Assembly (NCBI GenBank): GCA_029243855.1
Contig: JAQWRG010000025.1
Coordinates: 1-60,381, forward strand
Source: Flavobacteriales bacterium
GTDB lineage: Bacteria > Bacteroidota > Bacteroidia > Flavobacteriales_D > Parvicellaceae
Length of the DNA: 60,381 nt
Direction of reading: 5' to 3'
Positions 1 through 8,932 of the stretch are shown here, piece by piece. Position 1 is the first letter of the stretch; each line of letters begins with the position of its first letter. Under the pieces are notes generated by a model, which had not been told where the DNA came from, made no database searches, and saw only the letters and a list, made by a program, of their open reading frames with translations. A program made the position numbers and the translations under genes.

Positions 1-65
1 AAAATGCATGCCCTAACCTATCCATACAAACGCGCGTCATTTTGAAAGAAATTGATTAAATAATT

Positions 66-1256
66 ATGACGAAATATCTATGCTATATTGGAATAATATT
101 ATCCCCAATACTCATGCGCAGCCAAACTGAGTATATGTTGGAGCCAAATACAGTAGATACTTTAAGTGGTTCTCCAAACAACAATCATTTCATTTATATA
201 AATCAGACCATTTCAGCTAAGAATAAATTGTTTCTTTTCCTTCCAGGAACATTTGCTGTTCCTTTCAATTACCGAAAAATACTTAAACACGCTGCAAACC
301 TTGGGTATCATTCTATTGGATTAACTTACCCAAACAATCAAGCTATTAACTCAATTTGTGCAACAAGTGTTGATACCACATGCCATAGTAGAGCGAGGTT
401 TGAAATTTTTGACGGTATAGATAGACATATTGATGTTAATGTAGACACAAATAATTCCATAGAAAGGAGAACTTTAAAACTTCTTCAATATCTGCACATC
501 AACTACCCCTCTGAAAACTGGGAGCAATACTTTTCGGGTAATCAAGTTAATTGGAATAAAATAATTTTAAGTGGGCATTCTCAAGGTGGAGGTCACGCTG
601 GTATTATTTCAAAAATCAAACAGGTCGATAGAGTTGCGATGTTTGCTGCTATGGATTGGATAACTCTTTTGAATAGAAATGCCGATTGGATAACTTGGAA
701 TGGTTTAACACCTGCTGACAGATATTATGGGTTCGCTCATCAAAATGACGAATTTCTTGACTTTAATAATATTCAAATTACTTGGAATAATTTTGGTATG
801 AATAATTTTGGGGGAATGGTTCTTGTAGACACATCAAGCTCACCATATAATTATTCACGAATGCTGTATACATTAGAGTTGCCTGATAATGATTCTACTA
901 AATTTCACAGTTGTGTGGTAGCCGATGCGTATACACCTATTGATACAGGCATACCTGTTTTTTCAACTATATGGACATATATGATTGAGGGTAATTCTAA
1001 TACATTTTCATTACCTAACATTTCAACTTTTGTAAATACCAAAGCTTATCCAAATCCAGTAAACTCAATTTTAAATATTACAGGTTCAAGTTGCAATAAT
1101 TATGAATATTCAATCTACAACTTACAAGGGCAAAAAGTAGCATTTGGTTATTTAGAAAATACAAGTGTTAATGTCTCTAATTTGATTGATGGTTTATATT
1201 TTGTTAATATACAAAATGAAAATTCATCAAAAACTTATAAGATTATTAAAGAATAA
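66..1256 (+). CDS. Secreted alpha/beta hydrolase (lipase/esterase-like) with T9SS type A C-terminal sorting domain
   Basis: N-terminal signal peptide (YIGIILSPILMRSQ). Nucleophile elbow GHSQGG. Last ~71 aa (nt 1041-1253, KAYPNPVNSILNI...GLYFVNIQNENSSKTYKIIKE) match the Por secretion-tail pattern. Confidence 0.7.
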   Translation: MTKYLCYIGIILSPILMRSQTEYMLEPNTVDTLSGSPNNNHFIYINQTISAKNKLFLFLPGTFAVPFNYRKILKHAANLGYHSIGLTYPNNQAINSICATSVDTTCHSRARFEIFDGIDRHIDVNVDTNNSIERRTLKLLQYLHINYPSENWEQYFSGNQVNWNKIILSGHSQGGGHAGIISKIKQVDRVAMFAAMDWITLLNRNADWITWNGLTPADRYYGFAHQNDEFLDFNNIQITWNNFGMNNFGGMVLVDTSSSPYNYSRMLYTLELPDNDSTKFHSCVVADAYTPIDTGIPVFSTIWTYMIEGNSNTFSLPNISTFVNTKAYPNPVNSILNITGSSCNNYEYSIYNLQGQKVAFGYLENTSVNVSNLIDGLYFVNIQNENSSKTYKIIKE

Positions 1257-1326
1257 CGAACGTACAACACGGTCTAAACTAAATTAAATAACTTGGTTTA
1301 AAAGCACCGTTTTTAATAAATTAAAA

Positions 1327-1719
1327 ATGAAAGAATCAGAGCATTTTTCACTTCAAAAAAGATTGAATAGTTTTCGTTTTGCCTTCAATGGTTTAAAAAG
1401 CTTGATTAAAAATGAGCACAATTCAAGGTTACATGTCGTTGCCTTAATCTGTGTAATTGGATTAGGGTTGGTTTTAAAAATAGAATTAACCGATTGGATT
1501 GCAATAACCATTGTTTCTGGACTTGTGATATTAACGGAATTATTAAACACCGCTGTGGAAAAACTTGCTGATTTTATTAGCCCTGATTTAAATAAAGAAA
1601 TCGGATTAATCAAAGATTATTGCGCAGGTGCTGTTTTGATTTCTGCTGTGATTTCTTTGATTGTGGGTGTTTTGATTTTTATTCCAAAGATAATTGCGGT
1701 GATAAAAAGCTTTTACTAA
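1327..1719 (+). CDS. dgkA: Diacylglycerol kinase family protein (DgkA / undecaprenol kinase type)
   Basis: 130-aa three-TM protein with the LNTAVEKLADFISP motif (E..NTA.E...D) typical of prokaryotic DgkA. Confidence 0.8.
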   Translation: MKESEHFSLQKRLNSFRFAFNGLKSLIKNEHNSRLHVVALICVIGLGLVLKIELTDWIAITIVSGLVILTELLNTAVEKLADFISPDLNKEIGLIKDYCAGAVLISAVISLIVGVLIFIPKIIAVIKSFY

Positions 1720-1895
1720 AAACAACTATATTAGTTACGTATCTTCTTTGAAAGGATAGGGATTTGAAACAACATTAATAAGCCCGACTAAAATATTAAT
1801 TTAGTGTTTTAATGAAACTGATGTGAGAAAAACTTAAGTTTAAATGAATGTGTTGCGCTTTAAAATAAATTATAAATTCAGAACTTATTTAATAA

Positions 1896-2732
1896 ATGAA
1901 AGCTAAAGAAAGTGTAATAACACATAAAAATTTACGTTGGTTTTACGTTGCTTCTGTTTCATTATTACTTTCTGGCTCTATAATTTCATACAATCATTCT
2001 TTATTAAAATTATTTATCTTAGTATGGTGTAACATTTCGGGGGTGTTTTTGATTTATCGGTTTAATGACTTTACAGATCATGAAAGTGCCTTTCGATTCA
2101 ATATTGTTAGGTTTTTAAGCACTCCATCTCATTTGATTGTTTCTATACAACTCATATTTTTTGCCATACCTGCTGCGTTTTTATCTCTTGAAAAAGAAAT
2201 TTTGTGGATTCTTTCAATAGCAGCAATTTTAGGATTTATTTATTCCTTTAATTTCAAGCTGAAAAATTATTCCTTTAAATTGAAAAATGTTTTTTTAGTT
2301 AAAAACTTACTCATTGGTTTAGTTTGGGGCAGCCTTGTTTTAATAGGCTCCGAAGACCTTTATTATGAAAATGTTTTTTTTCTATTCATTTATTGTTCCT
2401 TGCAAGTTTTTATTGGTGGGGTTATTAGAGATGTGCCAGATTTAAAAATGGATGAAACAAATGGCGTTAATAGCTTACCTGTTGTTTTAGGAATAAATAA
2501 TACTATTAAGTTGATGCACTTCATTAATTTTATAAGTCTTATTCTGTATCTTTTTATAGATAATAATTTGTTCTTTTTTCTGTTTTTTTTAATCCCTTTT
2601 TTTTGGAGGTGTTTTAATTTGCTACTTTTAAAAGGCTCTCCAAATAATTTAAAATGGAGTCAAACGATGAATTTATTTACCTGTGTATTAATTTTTATAG
2701 TTACTATATTTAATGTTTTTATTCTTAAATAA
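1896..2732 (+). CDS. UbiA-superfamily prenyltransferase (membrane)
   Basis: Polytopic membrane protein. First Asp-rich motif is partial (YRFNDFTDHES). Second motif is a strong match (IRDVPDLKMDETNGVNSLPVVLG = D..D...D...G...LPV). Confidence 0.7.
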   Translation: MKAKESVITHKNLRWFYVASVSLLLSGSIISYNHSLLKLFILVWCNISGVFLIYRFNDFTDHESAFRFNIVRFLSTPSHLIVSIQLIFFAIPAAFLSLEKEILWILSIAAILGFIYSFNFKLKNYSFKLKNVFLVKNLLIGLVWGSLVLIGSEDLYYENVFFLFIYCSLQVFIGGVIRDVPDLKMDETNGVNSLPVVLGINNTIKLMHFINFISLILYLFIDNNLFFFLFFLIPFFWRCFNLLLLKGSPNNLKWSQTMNLFTCVLIFIVTIFNVFILK

Positions 2733-3207
2733 TTTTCAGCCCCAAGAGTTTGCTCTTGTAATTTTATTTTCTGCTTCTTTGTTTTCTGTTTTGTGGGGAT
2801 TTGATGCGTTAACACATAAAAAGTTAGTTAAAATTGATATTACTGATAAAGAACTTCAAACGCATAGAAATATTCTTCTTGTTTCTGTTTTGATGGAAAT
2901 TTCTCTGATTTCTATGTTTTGGAACCCTTTGGTTGCATTACCTGTTTTTATTGCCTTATTTATTACTCGTTTCTCTCATGAGTTTATTGATGAGCTGCAT
3001 TACCATACTGGTAGATGTAAGCCATATGAAAATTATTTACATATAGGGATGTGGGTTAGTGTTTTAACAAAAACATTTGCGATGTTTCTTTGGGGGTTTT
3101 GTTTTCAATATAACGGGGTTGTGGAATTGCCTTTTTACATTTACATATGGGCTGGTATAGTTTTAATATCAATGATGATAATTGGGTTTTTCGAATGGAA
3201 AAGATGA
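2713..3207 (+). CDS. Small polytopic membrane protein of unknown function with a His/acidic cluster
   Basis: ATG at 2713 overlaps the UbiA ORF by 20 nt. About 4 hydrophobic segments. Contains SHEFIDELHYH, a possible metal-binding motif. No family recognised. Confidence 0.5.
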   Translation: MFLFLNNFQPQEFALVILFSASLFSVLWGFDALTHKKLVKIDITDKELQTHRNILLVSVLMEISLISMFWNPLVALPVFIALFITRFSHEFIDELHYHTGRCKPYENYLHIGMWVSVLTKTFAMFLWGFCFQYNGVVELPFYIYIWAGIVLISMMIIGFFEWKR

Positions 3208-3219
3208 AAAAATATTCTT

Positions 3220-4101
3220 TCATGTAGAGATAAAATCAAGTAATATTTTATTAAACATTTTTTTTCTTTCAATGTGAGGCATGTGGCGTGCTTTTGAGAT
3301 AACTTCTAGTCGTGCGTTTTCACCCAAATGTTCTTTCAGTTTTATAGCTGTCTTTAGTGGGCACAAGATATCTTCCTTTCCCCAAACTAATAGAATTGGT
3401 ATGTCGCTTTTATATGTGCGGTGTTTTAAAAGTTTCTGGTCTTCTTTAAATGTGTCTATTAGTAGTTTTCTTTCTTTTGATTGAAAAGTATAAAGGGTGT
3501 TAAATATGTCTTTAAAAACAATTTTTGGAAATGGTTTTTTTTTATAGTTAATAAGGTCATAAATATTTTTCAATTTTAAATAGTTATCAGGGATCAGGAC
3601 GTCTGATTTCTTCTCTACTCCAAAGTCTTTCATTATTTTTTCCCAACCTTCTTCAAAAACATATTTTACAGGAGAATTTATAATAAAAAGTTTTTTAATC
3701 GTGAAATTGTTGTTGTATAGCAATTCAAAAGCTATTGCACCACCATAGGATGTGCCCCCCAGTATAAAAGAATTAATTTTTAGATGGTTTAAAAGGCTTG
3801 TAACTGCTTTTATCTGTTCTTGAATGTGATAGTTTTTATTTTTGTTTGTTGAATTACCAAAATAAATAAGGTTCGGTATTATAATTTTATACTCTTTGCT
3901 TAAAACCTTAATTTGTTTTCTCCAAGAGTATTTCCCGTTTGGCCCAAAGGCGTGTAATAATAAAATAGCTGGCTTATCTTCTTTACTTATCCAATATTCC
4001 ATGAAGTATTCACCTAAATCTACTTGATAAAAAAAAAGACCATTTTTATTAAATGAAAAGTCTATAAGTTTATCAAAAATACGAAATGGTGTAATCTTCA
4101 T
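3220..4101 (-). CDS. Alpha/beta hydrolase (cytoplasmic)
   Basis: LLLHAFGPNG oxyanion-type motif, GGTSYGG nucleophile elbow, C-terminal ARHMPHIE catalytic His context. No signal peptide. Start directly abuts the stop of the upstream gene (4102). Confidence 0.8.
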   Translation of the reverse strand: MKITPFRIFDKLIDFSFNKNGLFFYQVDLGEYFMEYWISKEDKPAILLLHAFGPNGKYSWRKQIKVLSKEYKIIIPNLIYFGNSTNKNKNYHIQEQIKAVTSLLNHLKINSFILGGTSYGGAIAFELLYNNNFTIKKLFIINSPVKYVFEEGWEKIMKDFGVEKKSDVLIPDNYLKLKNIYDLINYKKKPFPKIVFKDIFNTLYTFQSKERKLLIDTFKEDQKLLKHRTYKSDIPILLVWGKEDILCPLKTAIKLKEHLGENARLEVISKARHMPHIERKKMFNKILLDFIST

Positions 4102-5049
4102 TTATTGTTTATTGAAGTGTTGAATGCTCTGCTTAAATTTTGAATCATATTTAATTGCCAATTCTAGTTTTTCTAATACGGTTTTTTCATGTTTATTAAG
4201 TAATTCTTGTCCTTTTTCTGGAGATATAAATTTGTTTTCAACCTCATATTCTTTTACTATGGTTTTTTTAAAATTTACTAGGTAAACAAAGTTGGAGTAA
4301 TCTAATGATGATTCAAATAACCAATTATATTGAGTATTCTCTTGAAAAAACATTGGTGTTTCTTCTTTGTTTTTTCTATTAAATGGTATTTTTTGTTGGG
4401 TTGTGTACTCACTATCAACATAGATATGCGCTCTTTTTCTAATAGAACTTCCTACCAGAACAGGTTTAAAACTGCTTATTTTTTTTTCGTTAAACATAAC
4501 CGAGTCTATGTGTCGAAGTTTTTGAAAAGGAGCAATAGGTCCATTTGCTTTGGTTTTTATCCATTTTTCAATTAAAAATAAATTTTTAAAAAATGAATTT
4601 GAGTCTTTTTGGGTTAATAAATCATTATATAATTCAAATACTGTGTCTAAAACAGCAGTTAATGGCACCCATTTCTTGTCGTATATTACATTGTAAAAGT
4701 CCAGCTCTTTTTCTTCTATTTCCATTCTTATTTCCTTTCCTAAACTCATTTCATCCTTTAGTTGAAATGTGTAGTTTTCAACACTATCGTTAATTATTCT
4801 TTTCCTAAAACGCAAAGAATATTCCATTTGAAATAAATCGCCTTCCTCGTTGTCTATATAAAGGTCATAGTATAAATATTGGGAATGATAAAATGAATAA
4901 AATTCATTTACTTTTTGAGAGTTTTTAATGAAGTCTTCGAAATTCATTTCCTCAGGTAAGGAAAATTTTTTCTGAGTTTCAAATCCTTGCCCATAAAAAT
5001 TGACACTTAATAACAATAAACCAATTAACAATGTCTTTTTAATATCCAT
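4102..5049 (-). CDS. Exported CYTH-like (triphosphate tunnel metalloenzyme-like) protein
   Basis: Signal peptide MDIKKTLLIGLLLLSVNFYGQ. Ordered CYTH-like landmarks: GFETQKKF (ExExK with the second E replaced by Q), YYDLYID, LRFRKR, TFQLK, IRMEIEE, C-terminal KEYEVEN. Assigned by eye only. Confidence 0.45.
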   Translation of the reverse strand: MDIKKTLLIGLLLLSVNFYGQGFETQKKFSLPEEMNFEDFIKNSQKVNEFYSFYHSQYLYYDLYIDNEEGDLFQMEYSLRFRKRIINDSVENYTFQLKDEMSLGKEIRMEIEEKELDFYNVIYDKKWVPLTAVLDTVFELYNDLLTQKDSNSFFKNLFLIEKWIKTKANGPIAPFQKLRHIDSVMFNEKKISSFKPVLVGSSIRKRAHIYVDSEYTTQQKIPFNRKNKEETPMFFQENTQYNWLFESSLDYSNFVYLVNFKKTIVKEYEVENKFISPEKGQELLNKHEKTVLEKLELAIKYDSKFKQSIQHFNKQ

Positions 5050-6667
5050 AGTTTCTTTTTCTTCCTTTTTTATTTAAAAAACTCTCTGGGTTTTCAGTTT
5101 TTTTATAATCAATAATTAATTTTCCATTTTTTATTATTATTTCTCCATTTTCTTTAATTGTTAGGTTCCTATTAAATGGTATTGGGTTGGGGTCTATTAA
5201 ATCAAATGATTCTATAATTGAGGCTCTTCTTGACGCGATTTTGTTAAAATAAAGTTCTTCAATTGGGGGTGGCCACTTTGCTTTTGAAACACACTTCCTT
5301 AAGGTTAAGCTGTCCAAAAGAGAAATTTCCTTTGCCATCCATCTTAAATCATTGTAATCTGCGCTTGTATATGGCTCTAAAAACTCATTTATTGGATTTA
5401 ATATGTAGATTTTATTGTTTTTTTTCATCGCAACCTTCCAATTAAAATCATTTACTAAACCTACTTTAAAATCAGAAGCTAAAACGCTATATGAAACACC
5501 AAAACTTGTTCCAAGATCAGAAAAAACTGCTGATACTCTGTAGTTGTAATTACCGTCATGGACGGTGGTTAATAGTGTATTTTCTTTTCTTGTGTCCCAA
5601 TTTCCAATGAATGCGTGAAGCAATAGCGAACCTCTCAATTCTAGTCTTTTATGATTGTATAATTTATTTGGGAGAAACGACCCTAGCCTTTTTACTCTAT
5701 CTGGTCTTGCCTCTAGTCCACATTTTATAAATTTCACGAATTCCTTACCTAAATATGGACTTAGGTTGTCATTTATTAAGCCCATTTCTTTATTTATAAC
5801 TCCTTTTTCTAGTAAAAAGGGTTCTAAATTTATATTGTAAATATGCTGGATGCTATCTTTAAGTTGTTCCCAGTTGTTTATTGAGTTTGCTCCATCTAAA
5901 ATCAACATCAGTTTTCCGTTTTTATAACAATACGGGTGATCTACATCGTAGCCAATTGATGCGAAAATTCTTGAAGCTGCTACATCAGTATGTACCTCAT
6001 CTCCCCACTTTAAAGACCATTCATTATCTAAATCTAGGTCATCTGTCCTTATTTTTGGTGCTGAGCCAGAATAGCTAAGTTTTTTAAAAACAACTATCAT
6101 TTCCTTTTTTGGTTTTATCTTTTTTGTTGTTTCTAATTCTTTAAATGCTTTATGTTTATTTTCTAAAATCGGAGACCAATAGGCTGTTTTATTTGGCTCT
6201 TTTTCTTTAATTAAAGAAACAGGGTATTGCATTTTCTTTTTACTCTTTATCGTAGTTCTAGCCATATTAATCTTGTCTTTTTTTGTTGGAAAAGGACTTG
6301 AGTTAATTATGGTTTTTTCAATAATAGACAGTCTTAAATGTTCGAGCTGAGAAATTAAATTAAGGGTGCCTTCATTAATTTTTGCTCTCTCTAAGGCGTG
6401 TTCTTCTAGTTTTTCACTTATGTGTTTAACATGTCTAATAAAGGCTTTTTTTCTTTTTGCAATAGGGAGTCCTATCAAATGCGTAATGTCTTTATTGGTG
6501 AGAAGGTTTGTTGTTTTTCTCAATTGATTTATTGAGATACAGCTGTCATTAACATATTTATTAATTAATGGCTTTTGTTCGTTTAATAAAAAATTAAATG
6601 CCTCTTCTTGAGAACGGCTTACAACTATGTTCAATAAATACATTACTAAAAAAAGGAATCTTATCAT
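5039..6667 (-). CDS. Exported protein with a HipA / PI3-4-kinase-like C-terminal half
   Basis: Signal peptide MIRFLFLVMYLLNIVVSRSQ and a Lys-rich ~200-aa N-terminal region. These are followed by SGSAPK, WSLKWG...EVHTDVAASRIFASIGY, IGNWDTRKEN (GNxDxHxxN-like, His to Arg) and FSDLG (DFG-like). Overlaps the downstream gene by 11 nt. Confidence 0.4.
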   Translation of the reverse strand: MIRFLFLVMYLLNIVVSRSQEEAFNFLLNEQKPLINKYVNDSCISINQLRKTTNLLTNKDITHLIGLPIAKRKKAFIRHVKHISEKLEEHALERAKINEGTLNLISQLEHLRLSIIEKTIINSSPFPTKKDKINMARTTIKSKKKMQYPVSLIKEKEPNKTAYWSPILENKHKAFKELETTKKIKPKKEMIVVFKKLSYSGSAPKIRTDDLDLDNEWSLKWGDEVHTDVAASRIFASIGYDVDHPYCYKNGKLMLILDGANSINNWEQLKDSIQHIYNINLEPFLLEKGVINKEMGLINDNLSPYLGKEFVKFIKCGLEARPDRVKRLGSFLPNKLYNHKRLELRGSLLLHAFIGNWDTRKENTLLTTVHDGNYNYRVSAVFSDLGTSFGVSYSVLASDFKVGLVNDFNWKVAMKKNNKIYILNPINEFLEPYTSADYNDLRWMAKEISLLDSLTLRKCVSKAKWPPPIEELYFNKIASRRASIIESFDLIDPNPIPFNRNLTIKENGEIIIKNGKLIIDYKKTENPESFLNKKGRKRNYGY

Positions 6668-6733
6668 ATAATATTTTTAGTAACTGTGTTGCGTTGTTAT
6701 TTTTTTTAAATTTAAAGAAAAACCCCTTTTGCT

Positions 6734-7339
6734 ATGAAATTATTTTACCCTAAAATATTATTTTTTTCTTTTCTTTCTGTCCTGTTTATGTCTCCGTTTT
6801 TTTGTCAAGAAAGCAGTTTTGAATTAAGTGATAAAAAATTTCGTTTAGAAATAGAACCCGCAACATTTTTTTTAAATGGCGCTGCTGCTAGTTTAAGCTA
6901 TGCTATTGATGAAAAAAAGAATTTAAACCTTGGTGTTTACCTTTTAAGTTGTGATGTGCCCAACTTTAGTAAAGAGGGTGTTTTTGTTAATGTACAAGAC
7001 GAAACGGAGGTTAGAATTGGTTTTGAGTTTGCTGTTACTGGAAAATACAAATTGAATTTATTTGAAAACAAAGAGGGGAACCCTTTTGTTGGTTTTATTT
7101 TAGGGTGGGAATATTTTGACATCAAGCAGCCATATGACTCAGAGTCTTTTAGAATATCAACTTGGATTTTTACACCTTACTTGGGTCACGAAATTTATTT
7201 ATACAAACAAATGGTATATCTACACCCTCAATTAAGAGGTGTTTTATATTTTGGTTCAAAACATGAGTTTCCCTCTAGACCTGAACAGTTAAGTAGCTCG
7301 TATCTTTTACCTCAAGTAGGCTTAGGGGTTCGTCTTTAG
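6734..7339 (+). CDS. Hypothetical secreted / outer-membrane protein
   Basis: Signal peptide (ILFFSFLSVLFMSPFFCQ). Alternating hydrophobic pattern suggests beta strands. No family recognised. Confidence 0.45.
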   Translation: MKLFYPKILFFSFLSVLFMSPFFCQESSFELSDKKFRLEIEPATFFLNGAAASLSYAIDEKKNLNLGVYLLSCDVPNFSKEGVFVNVQDETEVRIGFEFAVTGKYKLNLFENKEGNPFVGFILGWEYFDIKQPYDSESFRISTWIFTPYLGHEIYLYKQMVYLHPQLRGVLYFGSKHEFPSRPEQLSSSYLLPQVGLGVRL

Positions 7340-7374
7340 GTCACCCAATTGAAAAAAACCTTAAACCAACTTCT

Positions 7375-8850
7375 TTGAAAAAGTATGATGTAGTAATTTT
7401 AGGGGGGGGCATTTCTGGATCTTTATTTGCGCTAAACTTAATAAAGAAAAAAAAAAGTCTTTCAATATTAATTCTTGACAAGGAAAGGCAATCTAAACCA
7501 AAAGTTGGAGAAGCTACAGCAGATTTATCTTCCATATTTCTAAATCGTTTAGGTATAAATCACTTACTTTCACAACAACAACAAAAAACAGGGTTACGTT
7601 TTATTTTTAACGAACAAAATAGTTCCGACAAGAAAGACGTTCTTGAGTTTGCTAGTCCTTCTTTTAAAACTTTTGCTAATGGCTATCACCTCAATCGTTC
7701 TGTTTTTGATTCAAAGCTATTATTGGAGTGTGAAAAAAAGGGGGTAACTGTTTTTCGACCTATTGAATTAAATAGTGCGAATTTTAAATCCAATAAATGC
7801 ATTTTAAAAGTGTCATGTAATGGCATTAATTCTGAAATAGAATCTTGTTGGTTTATAGATGCCTCAGGAAGATTTAGATATATTAAAAAAAAATTCAATT
7901 GGGCAGACAAAAAAATCTCCTTAAATACTGGTGCTATTTCTGCTCACTTTACTAGTATGTCTGCGCCATCGAATTGGGATAGAGAAGACACGCCTTATTG
8001 GTTAAAAAATGCTCTTGGATCCAAGTCTTATGCAACAACTCATTTCTTAAAATCAAATTCTTGGTGGTGGTTAATTAAACTAGACGAATTCACCTCAAGC
8101 CTAGGTGTTGTTTACAATAAAAATAAAATAAGCGTTCGGGACCCTGAAGCATACTTTTTAGAATCAATAAAGCAAGATGCTATTTTATGTGAAGTGACAA
8201 AAAATGCACAGATATCTAAAATAAATCACCTTGATTCTCTGCCCTATATATGTACTAAGATGCATCAAAACAATGTTGCAGTTCTTGGGGATGCAAATGC
8301 TTTTATTGATCCGTTATTTAGTCCTGGTTTAGAAATAACAAGTCAGCAAAATGAGCATCTTGTTTTTCTGCTTTTAGATTATTTTAAGAACAATAAAAAA
8401 AACACTATTGCTTGGAAAAAATATGAAGACAAGTTTCTCAAAACCTACTTAGATAGGTCTTTCGTATACTCCAATTTGTATCAATTTATGCATTCTTATG
8501 ATTTGTTTTCTAACGCAACTCAATTGTTGTTTTTTGGTTATCAATCTTTTGCTGTTTTGCCGTTAAGATATTTTCCAAGTAGGATTAAAAACCCTCTGAG
8601 GTTCTATAAGGTTGATGGATGGATATTTAAAAAACTTTTCAAGCGTTACCATAAAATTGTAATAAATCGAGAAAAAAATAATAGAAAATCTTCTAGTCTT
8701 AAACAGCCTGTATCTTACTCTGGCATTAATATACCAAATGGTTTTTACATCCTTTTTAAACCTATTCATTTAGGGTTAATTTGGCTATACAACTATATAA
8801 AAATTGAGTCCACTGAGTTTTATTTTTTAATAAAAAGAAAAATTAAGTAA
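7375..8850 (+). CDS. FAD-dependent oxidoreductase of the flavin-halogenase / geranylgeranyl-reductase type
   Basis: TTG start. Motifs: YDVVILGGGISGS (GxGxxG), KVGEAT, FIDASGRF, LGDANAFIDPLFSPGLE, and SWWWLIKL resembling the halogenase WxWxIP motif with P replaced by K. Confidence 0.75.
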   Translation: MKKYDVVILGGGISGSLFALNLIKKKKSLSILILDKERQSKPKVGEATADLSSIFLNRLGINHLLSQQQQKTGLRFIFNEQNSSDKKDVLEFASPSFKTFANGYHLNRSVFDSKLLLECEKKGVTVFRPIELNSANFKSNKCILKVSCNGINSEIESCWFIDASGRFRYIKKKFNWADKKISLNTGAISAHFTSMSAPSNWDREDTPYWLKNALGSKSYATTHFLKSNSWWWLIKLDEFTSSLGVVYNKNKISVRDPEAYFLESIKQDAILCEVTKNAQISKINHLDSLPYICTKMHQNNVAVLGDANAFIDPLFSPGLEITSQQNEHLVFLLLDYFKNNKKNTIAWKKYEDKFLKTYLDRSFVYSNLYQFMHSYDLFSNATQLLFFGYQSFAVLPLRYFPSRIKNPLRFYKVDGWIFKKLFKRYHKIVINREKNNRKSSSLKQPVSYSGINIPNGFYILFKPIHLGLIWLYNYIKIESTEFYFLIKRKIK

Positions 8851-8932
8851 TTGGCTTAACCCCCTTTTAATTAATCATTTATGAAAATGTATTTTTAGTT
8901 TTGGTGTCATTAATAGAAATCTTTGATTAAAT

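Noticed and set aside
1353-1613. Short antisense or out-of-frame ORFs inside confidently assigned genes (e.g. 1353-1613, 3281-3484, 12153-12431, 17978-18514, 21221-21433, 32742-33110, 36665-36865)
   Set aside because: Each is nested in a longer ORF with clear family motifs on the other strand or frame, and none shows motifs of its own. Open antisense frames like these are readily explained as chance shadows in DNA of biased composition.
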